From Ignavibacteria bacterium (GTDB lineage Bacteria > Bacteroidota > Ignavibacteria > Kapaibacteriales > UBA2268): a stretch of DNA of 64,000 nucleotides. Location of the stretch: positions 29,475 through 93,474 of the forward strand of contig JAERMQ010000001.1 of NCBI GenBank assembly GCA_016844745.1, in the 5' to 3' direction. Every line of letters starts with the position of its first letter. Positions within the stretch are counted from its first letter, which is position 1. The position numbers and the translations under genes are program-made. Below the pieces are notes generated by a model. The model saw only the letters and a list, made by a program, of their open reading frames with translations, was not told the DNA's origin and did no database searches. Shown here one piece after another: positions 40,108 through 49,626 of the stretch.

Positions 40108-40896
40108 ATGAAAAATTTTACCTTACTTCTGCTTTTGTTTATTGTTTTGTCAATAAATTTATTGACTGCGCAGGACATTACAGCTTTTCGGCATCAAATC
40201 ATATTATCTAATAAAACCGAGAAATTAGACAATCTTAACTTCGGTATTAATTCCAAAGCTACATATAAAATCGATAGTGAATTAGGCGAATGGGAAATAC
40301 CAAATTATCCGCCACAAGGGGCTTTTTTTGGTTCATTTCAATACCTTGACTCAGCAACAGGTCAGATGTTAAATATTCTATCCTATAATGACTTTAAATC
40401 CGTACCTGCTCAAGAAAAATTTTCTATCAAATTCCTGTTAGTCGTTCAGCGTTCCGCAGATAATGAGTTAACCATAGAATGGAAGAGTTTCCCTAAAGAA
40501 GTTGACTCAGTGAAATTAAATGATATTGATTTCGGAACTATCATTAATGTTGATATGCTCAAAGTTAACAAATATATGGTGTCCAATCAATTCCAAAACA
40601 GGTTTTATATTACTGTTTGGTATAATTTATTTCCAACCGAGGTAGCAGAACAGTCCGAAGCAACCAACCATCCAATTATCTATCCCAATCCGGCTCACAA
40701 TATTATTAAGATTCAATCTGAAAGTGTGCAACAACTTCAGATTATTTCCGATTTATCGGAAATTGTTTATCAGAAGAATGAAATCCGCTCATGGGAATCA
40801 ATAGAATTATCGGATATTCCTTCCGGAATTTATCTTGCGCTATTGAAGATGAGAAACGGCGGGGTAGTGTGCAGTAAGCTAATTGTAGTAAAATAG
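40108..40896 (+). CDS. 262-aa T9SS cargo with FG...AT..D..LGE.E.P..PP domain
   Basis: It has a signal peptide, the segment LNFGINSKATYKIDSELGEWEIPNYPP and a CTD (IYPNPA...PSGIYL...KLIVVK). Confidence 0.8.
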   Translation: MKNFTLLLLLFIVLSINLLTAQDITAFRHQIILSNKTEKLDNLNFGINSKATYKIDSELGEWEIPNYPPQGAFFGSFQYLDSATGQMLNILSYNDFKSVPAQEKFSIKFLLVVQRSADNELTIEWKSFPKEVDSVKLNDIDFGTIINVDMLKVNKYMVSNQFQNRFYITVWYNLFPTEVAEQSEATNHPIIYPNPAHNIIKIQSESVQQLQIISDLSEIVYQKNEIRSWESIELSDIPSGIYLALLKMRNGGVVCSKLIVVK

Positions 40897-40948
40897 ATTA
40901 CTTAGAAGCAAAGTGAAATTATTTCGATTTTAAACTGTTATTTAAAAA

Positions 40949-42055
40949 TTGAAAAGGAGCATAGAACAAGTGGATAATCAGCAAATTATTAAAAAACAAA
41001 AGCCCAAGGAAGAACCAAAAGATGAACAGAAAAATGAGCAAAAAAATGAAAAACAAATTCAAAAAAATTATAAAGATAGAAAATTTCGAAAATTTGATAA
41101 TGATAGAACGAAACAAACATTTGTATCTGTAGTTATTCCGGTATTTAATGAAGAGGAATCCCTTCAGGAACTAACACAGACATTAGAAGGAGAATTAGAT
41201 AAATTTGCAAAGAATTCTTATGAGATAATTTTTATTGATGATGGTTCAACCGATAAATCCTTCGATATAATGAAACAACTGAATAAGCGAAATCAAAATA
41301 TCAAAGTATTGCGATTCCGGCGCAACTATGGCAAATCTGCTGCTTTGACTGTCGGGTTTGCCGAAGCACGCGGATTGGTTGTAATCACTATGGATGCGGA
41401 TTTGCAGGATGACCCCAAAGAAATACAGAATTTGATTTCCAAGTTAAAAGAAGGTTATGACCTGGTTTCAGGATGGAAGAAAAAAAGAAAAGACCCAATA
41501 ACCAAAACAATTCCATCGAGATTTTTCAATTTCGTGACATCGATTGTAACAGGTCTGAAACTTCACGATTTTAATTGCGGACTAAAGGCATACAGGCGCG
41601 AAGTAGTTAAAAACCTTCAAATTTATGGAGAAATTTACAGGTATATTCCAGCCCTTGCCAAATGGGAAGGTTTTAAAGTTACTGAAATTCCTGTTGAGCA
41701 TCATTCCCGTAAATTCGGAAAATCAAAATTCGGTTCAACGCGTCTTATTAAAGGATTCCTCGATTTATTGACAATTCTTTTTACTACTCGATATATTAAG
41801 CGTCCGCTTCATTTTTTCGGAACCTTCGGAACATTGTTTTTCCTTACCGGCTTTGCATTGAATGTTTACCTTACCGTGGAATGGTTTCTCGGTAAAACCT
41901 GGCTTAGCAACAGACCTTTAGCATTATTTGGCGTTGCTTTAATTATTGTTGGCGTTCAATTATTTTCCATAGGATTAATTGGCGAAATGCTCGTTAAGAA
42001 TTCTATATCGAACATTACATATAGCATAAAAGAGAAAATATCTTCAAGAAAATAA
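40949..42055 (+). CDS. Family 2 glycosyltransferase, ArnC/DPM1-like, with two C-terminal TM helices
   Basis: Motifs SVVIPVFNEEESL, IDDGSTD, RNYGKSAAL, MDADLQDDP and HDFNCGLKAYR are present. The start is uncertain (TTG, low-complexity N-terminus). Confidence 0.9.
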   Translation: MKRSIEQVDNQQIIKKQKPKEEPKDEQKNEQKNEKQIQKNYKDRKFRKFDNDRTKQTFVSVVIPVFNEEESLQELTQTLEGELDKFAKNSYEIIFIDDGSTDKSFDIMKQLNKRNQNIKVLRFRRNYGKSAALTVGFAEARGLVVITMDADLQDDPKEIQNLISKLKEGYDLVSGWKKKRKDPITKTIPSRFFNFVTSIVTGLKLHDFNCGLKAYRREVVKNLQIYGEIYRYIPALAKWEGFKVTEIPVEHHSRKFGKSKFGSTRLIKGFLDLLTILFTTRYIKRPLHFFGTFGTLFFLTGFALNVYLTVEWFLGKTWLSNRPLALFGVALIIVGVQLFSIGLIGEMLVKNSISNITYSIKEKISSRK

Positions 42056-42064
42056 AGGCATATT

Positions 42065-42862
42065 ATGAGAAAATCGAATCTTGTACTCAAAATAATTATC
42101 TTAGCGGTATTTACGTTGAATATAACAAGTTTAACGAAGGCTCAATGGATTAAACCAACCTTAGCCGCCGGTTTGATTACAACGAACATAATAGGGAATA
42201 ATTTAAATTCAGTTCCATTTTTTCTACAAGATACCAATAGTAAATATCCCGGAGGTAATTTTGCCGGTACCCAACCTGGTATAGGGTTTCTGTTTTCTAC
42301 AGGTGTGGATGAGTTAAACGAGTATAGGATTACTATTGGAGCCGACCTTTATTTCTTTGACGGTCGAATACGAGGTCCGGGTATGATAGGAATAATTGAT
42401 AGTTCAGAGACTTATTATACTCCTGCTATGTCATCGGCTAAGCATACCTTATTGGTTTTAACCCCAACATTAGGAATAAATTATTATTTCTATACATTAA
42501 AAAAATGGGCTTGGATATATGGTGGTGTACAAATTCGTCCTTCTTTTATTTTTAATGATAATACCAAAGAATCTTTCGTCCCTATTTACGATTCATTAAA
42601 AGCGATTTACCCGGGTGTACAACGTGATTTTGGAGGCAAAGAAAATGCTTTCAGGTTAGGATTTTCTTTTAAATTGGGTGTAGAAGGCAATATTTATGAC
42701 AGATGGCAGATAAATACGAGTATTTCCTTAGGCACAATGAATATTATTGGGCAGGATGACAGTAGAGGTGAACTTCTTACACCAAATACTGCAGAGGACT
42801 TAATGAAAGAAAATTTACTATGGCAAACTTATTTTACATTGATGGTTCAATATAAGTTGTAA
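42065..42862 (+). CDS. Putative outer-membrane beta-barrel protein
   Basis: It has a signal peptide, amphipathic beta-strands and the C-terminus LMVQYKL. Confidence 0.6.
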   Translation: MRKSNLVLKIIILAVFTLNITSLTKAQWIKPTLAAGLITTNIIGNNLNSVPFFLQDTNSKYPGGNFAGTQPGIGFLFSTGVDELNEYRITIGADLYFFDGRIRGPGMIGIIDSSETYYTPAMSSAKHTLLVLTPTLGINYYFYTLKKWAWIYGGVQIRPSFIFNDNTKESFVPIYDSLKAIYPGVQRDFGGKENAFRLGFSFKLGVEGNIYDRWQINTSISLGTMNIIGQDDSRGELLTPNTAEDLMKENLLWQTYFTLMVQYKL

Positions 42863-42933
42863 ATTATGAATTATTTGTTATGAGTTATTATGAATTGGTA
42901 ATTAGTAATTAGATTATTTTATATCAAAGAATA

Positions 42934-42982
42934 AAAAAACACCCCTTAATCTAAATTGTTATTTAAGGGGTATTTTATTTTT
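42934..42982. terminator. Bidirectional terminator-like hairpin
   Basis: An A-run, ACCCCTTAA...TTAAGGGGT and a T-run lie between convergent genes. Confidence 0.6.
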
Positions 42983-42992
42983 TTAATTCCTT

Positions 42993-45551
42993 TCAATCTA
43001 CGAATTTCATAATTATCTGGTCAACATTTTCATTCTTTCTATTGTTCTGTTTTGGAGCAATATTCAAAATATCATGTAAAATAAGGGAATTTTTTTCTTT
43101 ATTCCATTTTGCATATAAATAATCAAAGATAACGAAACTCCAGTTGTCTTGTACGAATCTATCTTTAAATAAAGGTGATTTCATTTTACTCTCAAATTGC
43201 CGGAATCGTTCGGCAGGAAATAACATGACTTTTGGAATTGTATGAGCAAGGTTTGAACCACGTTGAAGCGCGCTGGTCATCGATGTTGTGGATTCAACTT
43301 CGAAAGCAAAACAAATTTTTTCGTCCTTAATCCATAAAATATCAATATCATCAACCGATTCAATATTTTTAACATCTTGTAATAGTAGCAGATTAGGGAA
43401 ATCGACATATTCTTTCAATGATTTTTTCTTTGATAAAGGATTATCTATTTTATGGGATTGCTCGACTTTTCCAATGTAGATATTATAACCGGAGTGACTT
43501 CCGATTTCAGCCAGCATTGCAATAATTGTCGAATGTTCTCTTTCGACGGCACCCGATTTGAAATTGTCCTTGATTAACCAAAATCCACCCTCAACCTGAC
43601 GGGCATAATCTTCGAGGCTATTTCTAATATTAGACTGGTCGGAAGTTAGAGAATTTGGAAATGCGATGCTAATAGCTTCCCATATCTGAGTAAAAGATAC
43701 CTTCCCTTTAGATTGCAACTGCCTAAGTACAGTTTGTTCAACACGTTCGGTCAATGGAATTTTTTCCAAATGAGGAACCATATTCGGATTGACAAACCAC
43801 CACAGTTTACCGGTACTACCTCCTAATTTACCTTCAATTAAGCGAAACTCATTACCTAAATGGTTTTTCAAAACTTTTTCAGAATCGAGACCTGTTTCCA
43901 ATTCTGAAAAATATCCTTGTTTAGTTAATTCGGGGTCAATAGCATTGATAATGATTGTATAAGGAGTTGGTTCGCCTCTTTCTGCTAATATTTTTGTTGT
44001 AGTCTGAACAACAATACTTTCGAAACGGTGTTCATCTATGATTTCCGGCTTAAATCCATCCTTACCAAAATCCGGTTTTTGAAATCTGAGGTAAAAATCA
44101 CCTTGTGCCGAACCAAATGGTTGCAATAATGATTTTGCAGAAGGTCTTGCCAACTCCTGATGATGAATCTTTTGCAATTCAAATCCGGCTAATACTCCCG
44201 TTCGGATGGTTGCGTTTCGGACTTTAAAGGTAGGATTATGAAATGTAAGAGTCAAATAACAATTTGGCTTTAAAATATTAAACATATTTTTAAAGCTATT
44301 TTGTAATAAAGATATATAAACAGCAAAATCCTTATGCTGCTTTTCATTATGAATTATTTCTTTGCCATCTATATTTTCGAGGTATTTATCATCTTTTCTA
44401 AGCCATGCAGCCCACATATAGGAAAGTTCACCATATTGCACGGAGGAATCATAAGGCGGGTCAGTAAATATATAGTCGATACATCCATGAGAACTATATT
44501 TTTTATCCATCTTATGCATTAGTTCAAGGCAATCTCCATTATGAATGAAAATATCTGCATTACCTTCTATGACTTCTTCAATTTTTTTTGCAAATTTTAT
44601 TTTTTCGAAATATTGATTTGATTCTGCCTTAGCCCTGATTAAACCTTGCTTTCCTATAATTGCACTTTCGAATTTTTCCCAAACATTTTGCTCCATAAAT
44701 TCACCGGCGCTCCAATAGCTATGTTCTGTCCAAGCAGAACTCATAGGGCGTGTAGGTCGAACTGGTGTCATTTTAGAACATAAATGAACCATTGATGAGA
44801 ACCCTATTTTAAGAAAGTCTAATATTTCTTTTTTGGGTTCTTTTTCGATTGATTCAATTAATATTGCTAAAGCATAAAGATTTCTTTTTGTAAATAATTC
44901 ATCTACAGATTCGAATTTTTGTTTTTCTTTAAAAGGATTCCCATCTAAATAATAAAGTCTGTTTTTCGGGAACCATTCCTGTATCTTATGTATGTTAATA
45001 TTTGATAAAATCTTCCGGTCATATTTGGTGAGGGGATTTCCATCCTTTTGTTCATCCCCACATTCGGGACATTTATAATATCTAATATCCGTACAGACAT
45101 CTTTAATCCATACTGAGCATGTAAATGGAAACTCTTTATTACACCTTCTGCATTTTGTCATATATAATTCGTTTATTCGAACTTTAACATCAGCTTCTAT
45201 CCTGTTAAAACTCTCCTGCAGCCGGCTTAATACAACAGGTTTAATAGTTAATCTTGTTATTTCGGTAGCTATTGGATTTACATCCGATATAATAGCTCTT
45301 CTTCCTCTTTTTATAGCTTCTATTGCAGTTACTCCGCTTCCGCCAAATGGGTCAAAAACGATTCCATTCTTTGGGCAGTAGGTTTCAATAAATTCTCCGA
45401 CTACATTCCAGGTTTTACGTGACCAATACTTATGAAAATTGTACATTGGGGTATGAGCTTCAGGTGGAATTTGCCTGTTGAGATGTTCAAATGATGGTTG
45501 GGGTACTTCGGGAAGTTTGCTGTTTAACTCATCGAATATTTCTTTATTCAT
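42993..45551 (-). CDS. Amino-DNA methyltransferase with Zn-ribbon, fused to a C-terminal PD-(D/E)xK-like nuclease domain
   Basis: It carries HKYWSRK, motif I DPFGGSG, CRRC/CPEC and motif IV FTDPPY. The C-terminus reads H......L.EIG...G...IG..E...IDILW...FEVESTT. Confidence 0.8.
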   Translation of the reverse strand: MNKEIFDELNSKLPEVPQPSFEHLNRQIPPEAHTPMYNFHKYWSRKTWNVVGEFIETYCPKNGIVFDPFGGSGVTAIEAIKRGRRAIISDVNPIATEITRLTIKPVVLSRLQESFNRIEADVKVRINELYMTKCRRCNKEFPFTCSVWIKDVCTDIRYYKCPECGDEQKDGNPLTKYDRKILSNINIHKIQEWFPKNRLYYLDGNPFKEKQKFESVDELFTKRNLYALAILIESIEKEPKKEILDFLKIGFSSMVHLCSKMTPVRPTRPMSSAWTEHSYWSAGEFMEQNVWEKFESAIIGKQGLIRAKAESNQYFEKIKFAKKIEEVIEGNADIFIHNGDCLELMHKMDKKYSSHGCIDYIFTDPPYDSSVQYGELSYMWAAWLRKDDKYLENIDGKEIIHNEKQHKDFAVYISLLQNSFKNMFNILKPNCYLTLTFHNPTFKVRNATIRTGVLAGFELQKIHHQELARPSAKSLLQPFGSAQGDFYLRFQKPDFGKDGFKPEIIDEHRFESIVVQTTTKILAERGEPTPYTIIINAIDPELTKQGYFSELETGLDSEKVLKNHLGNEFRLIEGKLGGSTGKLWWFVNPNMVPHLEKIPLTERVEQTVLRQLQSKGKVSFTQIWEAISIAFPNSLTSDQSNIRNSLEDYARQVEGGFWLIKDNFKSGAVEREHSTIIAMLAEIGSHSGYNIYIGKVEQSHKIDNPLSKKKSLKEYVDFPNLLLLQDVKNIESVDDIDILWIKDEKICFAFEVESTTSMTSALQRGSNLAHTIPKVMLFPAERFRQFESKMKSPLFKDRFVQDNWSFVIFDYLYAKWNKEKNSLILHDILNIAPKQNNRKNENVDQIIMKFVD

Positions 45552-45831
45552 TTTCCAGGTTCCTCAATATTCTTTTTGTTAATTCGAATAGAGCCGCTAT
45601 TTGTGTCGCTTTTGTAATGCCTATTCCTTCAATTTCGATAAGTTCGTGTAATGTATGACCCATCATATTATTTAAGCCACCGAATTTGTCCAATAGTTTT
45701 TCTGCAATTTGTACTGAATCAAAATTCTTTGTACCCGAATTGATTATTATTGCTAATAATTCCTTTTCGCTGCAAGTCCATGCGCCTTGTCTTCTTAATT
45801 TTCCTCCCGGATGGTTATAGGAACTTTTCAT
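45544..45831 (-). CDS. Stand-alone RadC (UPF0758) N-terminal HhH domain, no JAB domain
   Basis: P..KL...GA...SEKELLAIIINSGT...A..LL..FGGL...L..IEGIG..KA.QI.A.FEL.KR matches the RadC N-terminus. The gene overlaps the MTase start by 8 bp. Confidence 0.8.
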   Translation of the reverse strand: MKSSYNHPGGKLRRQGAWTCSEKELLAIIINSGTKNFDSVQIAEKLLDKFGGLNNMMGHTLHELIEIEGIGITKATQIAALFELTKRILRNLENE

Positions 45832-46058
45832 TAATTCTTGATAATTTCAATTTTCATTAATTAATAATTTGCAAAATAATAAAAAATGAATTATTAAAAT
45901 TTGAATCTACTCTTTAATCCTAAAAATCAATTCCAAAGTACAACTTTGGAATTAGTAAGTCTCTGATAAAACTCATTCTACAATTCCGATTTTGGAATGA
46001 AATTTTCACAAAAAATGCTTTTTAGAGTGGACTCAACTTTATAAACTTTCAACTTTTC

Positions 46059-47192
46059 CTACAACCATTTTCCTTCGAATTTATTCCTCACTGAATCGAC
46101 CGATTTCCTTACTTCCTGAACACGATTTTTCGGGCATATCATTACAGCATCTTCAGTTGTAATGACTACTACATCTTCCATTCCCAGCAAGGATACAATC
46201 ATTTTATCCGATGAATTGATGATAATTGAGTTTGAGCTATCAGTCAAAATGACATTGCCCTGAGAAATATTTCCGGCGCTATCTTTTGTACGGATTCGCT
46301 CCAATGAATCAAATGAACCAATATCGTCCCATTCAAATGATGCGCTTGCCACGACTACATTATCAGCTTTTTCCATTAATCCGTAATCTATCGAGATATT
46401 CGGGAATTTTTCGAAAATCTCGAAGGCTGATTCAAGGTAACTATCAAGAGTTTTGGCGGTCTGCCTTTTGTATTTTTCCCTCATCTTTGATATACCATTC
46501 CCAACTTCAGGAAGGCATTTGAGCATGCTTGCTTCAAAAGTATCGCAGCGCCAGAAGAACATTCCGCTGTTCCAGAGATGTCTGCCGTCTTTTACGAAGT
46601 GAAGAGCAGTAGCATAATCCGGCTTTTCATGGAATTTCATAACAGGTATAATATGTGTTTCCGAAACTGATTTTTCTATTCGCTTTTCAATTTCTATATA
46701 ACCATAACCCGTTTCAGGTCGATTCGGTATTACACCAATAGTTGCAAGCACCGGATTTGTTTCAACATATTCCAAAATTGACAGCACAGTTGCTGCAAAT
46801 GCTTCCTTAGGGTGGATACTATGGTCGGCTGTTAAAACTGAAATAGAAATATCTTTCGGTTCAAACCCCATACCTGAATATCTTTCTGCAATAAATGCGG
46901 CGGCTAATGCCAAACAAGGCGCCGTATTTCGCTTTAGAGGCTCGGCAACTATATTTTCGGCTGGAATTACAGGTATTGCACGTCTGATAGGTTCCAGTAG
47001 GGTTACGCTCGTAATTATGAATATATCTTCGGGTGCAATGATGGAAGAAATGCGTTCAATTGCTTCTTCCAACATCATTTTATTTTCGTTTGTTAAATAT
47101 AGTAATTGTTTAGGGCGATGTTTACGCGATAGGGGCCAGAACCTTTCGCCGGTTCCGCCTGCCATAATAACTGCTGTACGTTTCATAATCAT
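46059..47192 (-). CDS. manC: Mannose-1-phosphate guanylyltransferase
   Basis: Motifs VIMAGGTGERFWPLSR...PKQ, EP..RNTAP, ADH, PETGYGYI, F.EKP, WNSGMF, ISIDYGLME and WDDIGS are present. Confidence 0.93.
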   Translation of the reverse strand: MIMKRTAVIMAGGTGERFWPLSRKHRPKQLLYLTNENKMMLEEAIERISSIIAPEDIFIITSVTLLEPIRRAIPVIPAENIVAEPLKRNTAPCLALAAAFIAERYSGMGFEPKDISISVLTADHSIHPKEAFAATVLSILEYVETNPVLATIGVIPNRPETGYGYIEIEKRIEKSVSETHIIPVMKFHEKPDYATALHFVKDGRHLWNSGMFFWRCDTFEASMLKCLPEVGNGISKMREKYKRQTAKTLDSYLESAFEIFEKFPNISIDYGLMEKADNVVVASASFEWDDIGSFDSLERIRTKDSAGNISQGNVILTDSSNSIIINSSDKMIVSLLGMEDVVVITTEDAVMICPKNRVQEVRKSVDSVRNKFEGKWL

Positions 47193-47218
47193 AATTTCAA
47201 ATTTTTACTTAAATAATT

Positions 47219-47317
47219 GAAGAACCCCACCCTAACCCTCCCTACAAGGGAGGGAACTTTTAAACATCTTAAATTTCATTTCCCTCCCTTGTGTGGAGGG
47301 TTAGGGTGGGGTTCTTC
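47219..47317. repeat. Long palindrome, CCCTAACCCTCCC variant family
   Basis: GAAGAACCCCACCCTAACCCTCCCTACAAGGGAGGGAA...TTCCCTCCCTTGTGTGGAGGGTTAGGGTGGGGTTCTTC. Confidence 0.85.
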
Positions 47318-47390
47318 TTTTTCTTTTGATTTCATATAATTATTGAATTTTCAAACATTCACACCCGCTGTAATAGCATTTCTTTTTTTT

Positions 47391-47470
47391 ATTCAGCATT
47401 CAGCATTCAGCATTCAGCATTCAGCATTCAGCATTCAGCATTCAGCATTCAGCATTCAGCATTCAGCATT
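47391..47470. repeat. Heptamer tandem repeat (ATTCAGC) x11
   Basis: Eleven exact copies at 47391-47467 abut the prfB stop codon. Confidence 0.95.
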
Positions 47471-47471
47471 A

Positions 47472-48561
47472 CTAAAGCAAAAGATAAGCCTTAATAAAAT
47501 CATCCAAATCGCCGTCCATTACTGCATGAATATCTGTACGTTTCAATTCCGAGCGATGGTCGTTTACCATTGTGTAAGGCTGGAAAACATAAGAACGTAT
47601 CTGGCTGCCCCACTCAATTTTCTTTTTTGTTCCTTCGATTACTGCCTTGGCTGCATCTTCTTCCTCACGGCGCTTTTGATAAAGGCGGCTACGCAGCATT
47701 TTCATTGCTCGTTCGCGATTTTGAAATTGTGAGCGCTCTTGCTGGCATGCTACTACAATTCCGGATGGAATATGCCGCAAACGCACCGCTGTTTCGACTT
47801 TGTTCACATTCTGACCGCCCTTGCCACCGGAGCGGAATGTATCCATTTCCACATCTACCGGATTAATTTCGATTACTACGTCATCCTCAACTTCGGGATA
47901 GACATAAACCGAGGCGAAGGAAGTATGGCGGCGGGCATTGGAGTCGAAGGGAGATATCCGCACAAGACGATGCACTCCATTCTCTGCCTTTAAATAACCA
48001 TAAGCATATTTGCCGGTAATTTCGATTGTAGCGGATTTAATACCGGCGCCATCGCCTTCCAATTCATCCAAAAGATATACCGTATAGTTATGACGCTCAC
48101 CCCAGCGGGTGTACATCCGGAGAAGCATTTCCGCCCAATCCTGGGCTTCGGTGCCGCCAGCGCCGGAATGAATCGTTAGAATTGCATTGCTTTCGTCGTC
48201 TTTGGCTGATAAAATATTTTTAATTTCAAGCTCCGCAACGGCTGCCTGCGCTTTGTAGATTTCAAGATTTAATTCAATTTCATGAATGGGGTCTTTGTCT
48301 TCTTCGGCAAGCTGCAGGAAGGCTTCGGCTTCGTGGACGGCATAATCAATTTTATTCCATTGGTCTAACCACTCTTTATGCGTTGAAATCTCGCGCATAA
48401 TTTGTTTGGCAGCGATGGAGTCGTTCCAGAAATTTTCCGTATGGGTTTGGGTTTCTAATTCGTCGATGGAAGAGGCACGGGAGTCGATGTCAAAGAAACC
48501 TCCGTAATTCGGCGCTTCTTTGCTTCAGGGTTTCTATTCTTTCTTTCTGAGGTTCGTACAT
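47472..48561 (-). CDS. prfB: Peptide chain release factor 2, with programmed +1 frameshift
   Basis: The ATG at 48561 gives [23 protein letters not shown], ending in CGGAGG-TTT-CTT-TGA-C (slip site 48495-48489). The +1 frame contains SPF and GGQ, giving about 362 aa. Confidence 0.97.
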
Positions 48562-48630
48562 TTTTCTAATCTTTGTATCTAATAAAGATTACAAATTTAC
48601 GAAAAAAATAATTGAAAAATTAAAAATAGC

Positions 48631-48658
48631 TGTCATTCCTGCGGATGCAGGAATCCCC
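48631..48658. repeat. Single REP arm TGTCATTCCTGCGGATGCAGGAATCCCC
   Basis: It is the reverse complement of the arms at 19516-19542 and 19783-19809. Confidence 0.8.
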
Positions 48659-48807
48659 TTCAATTGGGGTTCAGTGGATTTTAGCTTTTAAAGAATAACA
48701 ATTTCTATAACAAATCTTTAATAAAGTGGAATATTTTGTAAATTTGTGATTGTTAAGGGTATTGATTAAGAACTCAATTTTTAAAAATTTATAATTTTTA
48801 AATAATT

Positions 48808-49134
48808 ATGTATTCCCAGCAAGATATTGATATAATAAAGGATTTGATCCTTAGTCATGTAACTAATGCACAGGATATTCTTTTATTCGGAAGCTACGCA
48901 AGAGGTACGGCAACACCGGATAGCGATTTGGATTTTGCCATTTTGACTGATTCCGAATTAGAACGAAAAACAAAATTAAAATTATTAGGAGATTTAAGAC
49001 ATGATATTGCTAAACTTGGCTACAATGCTGATGTTATGATAAAGGAAAAAAGAAAATTTTTACATGATGCAAACATGCCAACATTAGCCCGCGTTATCCA
49101 AACAGAAGGGAAAAATATATGGAAAAGAACATAG
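48808..49134 (+). CDS. Minimal nucleotidyltransferase (MNT) antitoxin
   Basis: Motif LFGSYARG...DSDLDF in a 108-aa protein. Confidence 0.9.
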   Translation: MYSQQDIDIIKDLILSHVTNAQDILLFGSYARGTATPDSDLDFAILTDSELERKTKLKLLGDLRHDIAKLGYNADVMIKEKRKFLHDANMPTLARVIQTEGKNIWKRT

Positions 49135-49508
49135 AAGAAGCAGTCAGGAAGTGGCTTATAAAAGCTGATAACAATATAAAAGCCGCATCCCAGTTGTTTG
49201 AAGTAAAGGAAATTATTACTGATGCAATTTGCTTCCATTGCCAGCAGGCAGTCGAAAAATATATGAAGGCATACCTTGTCAGCAAAGAAATAGCTCCTGA
49301 CAAAACTCATAAATTGGAAATTCTTCTCACTCAATGTATGGGATTCGAGCCATCGTTTGAAGAAATACAAAATGTAAAATATCTTACAGAATATGCAGTT
49401 GAATTAAGATATCCTGATGATTTTTATGTTCCATCTGTTGAAGAAGCAAGAGAAGCCTACGAGATGGCGGAAAAGGTAAAGAATTTCGTATTGAATTTAT
49501 TAAAATGA
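49119..49508 (+). CDS. HEPN-domain protein (MNT-HEPN toxin-antitoxin partner)
   Basis: Motifs WL.KA..., CFHCQQAVEKYMKA, KTHKL and ELRYP are present. The gene overlaps the MNT gene. Confidence 0.9.
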   Translation: MEKNIEEAVRKWLIKADNNIKAASQLFEVKEIITDAICFHCQQAVEKYMKAYLVSKEIAPDKTHKLEILLTQCMGFEPSFEEIQNVKYLTEYAVELRYPDDFYVPSVEEAREAYEMAEKVKNFVLNLLK

Positions 49509-49512
49509 TTAT

Positions 49513-49626
49513 ATGGAAATTCAATTAAACGGCGCAAATGCCGCCACTCTCGACGTTTCCGGTCTGTCTGCCGGGGTTTATTTTGTGCGTTGCGGAAGCA
49601 GAACAGAGAAGTTTGTGAAGTATTGA
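49513..49626 (+). pseudogene. Orphan fragment encoding only the tail of a T9SS CTD
   Basis: It translates as MEIQLNGANAATLDVSGLSAGVYFVRCGSRTEKFVKY*. Confidence 0.6.

Noticed and set aside
47343-47732. 129-aa ORF with IQHSAFS repeats
   Set aside because: It arises from the ATTCAGC array and is antisense to prfB.
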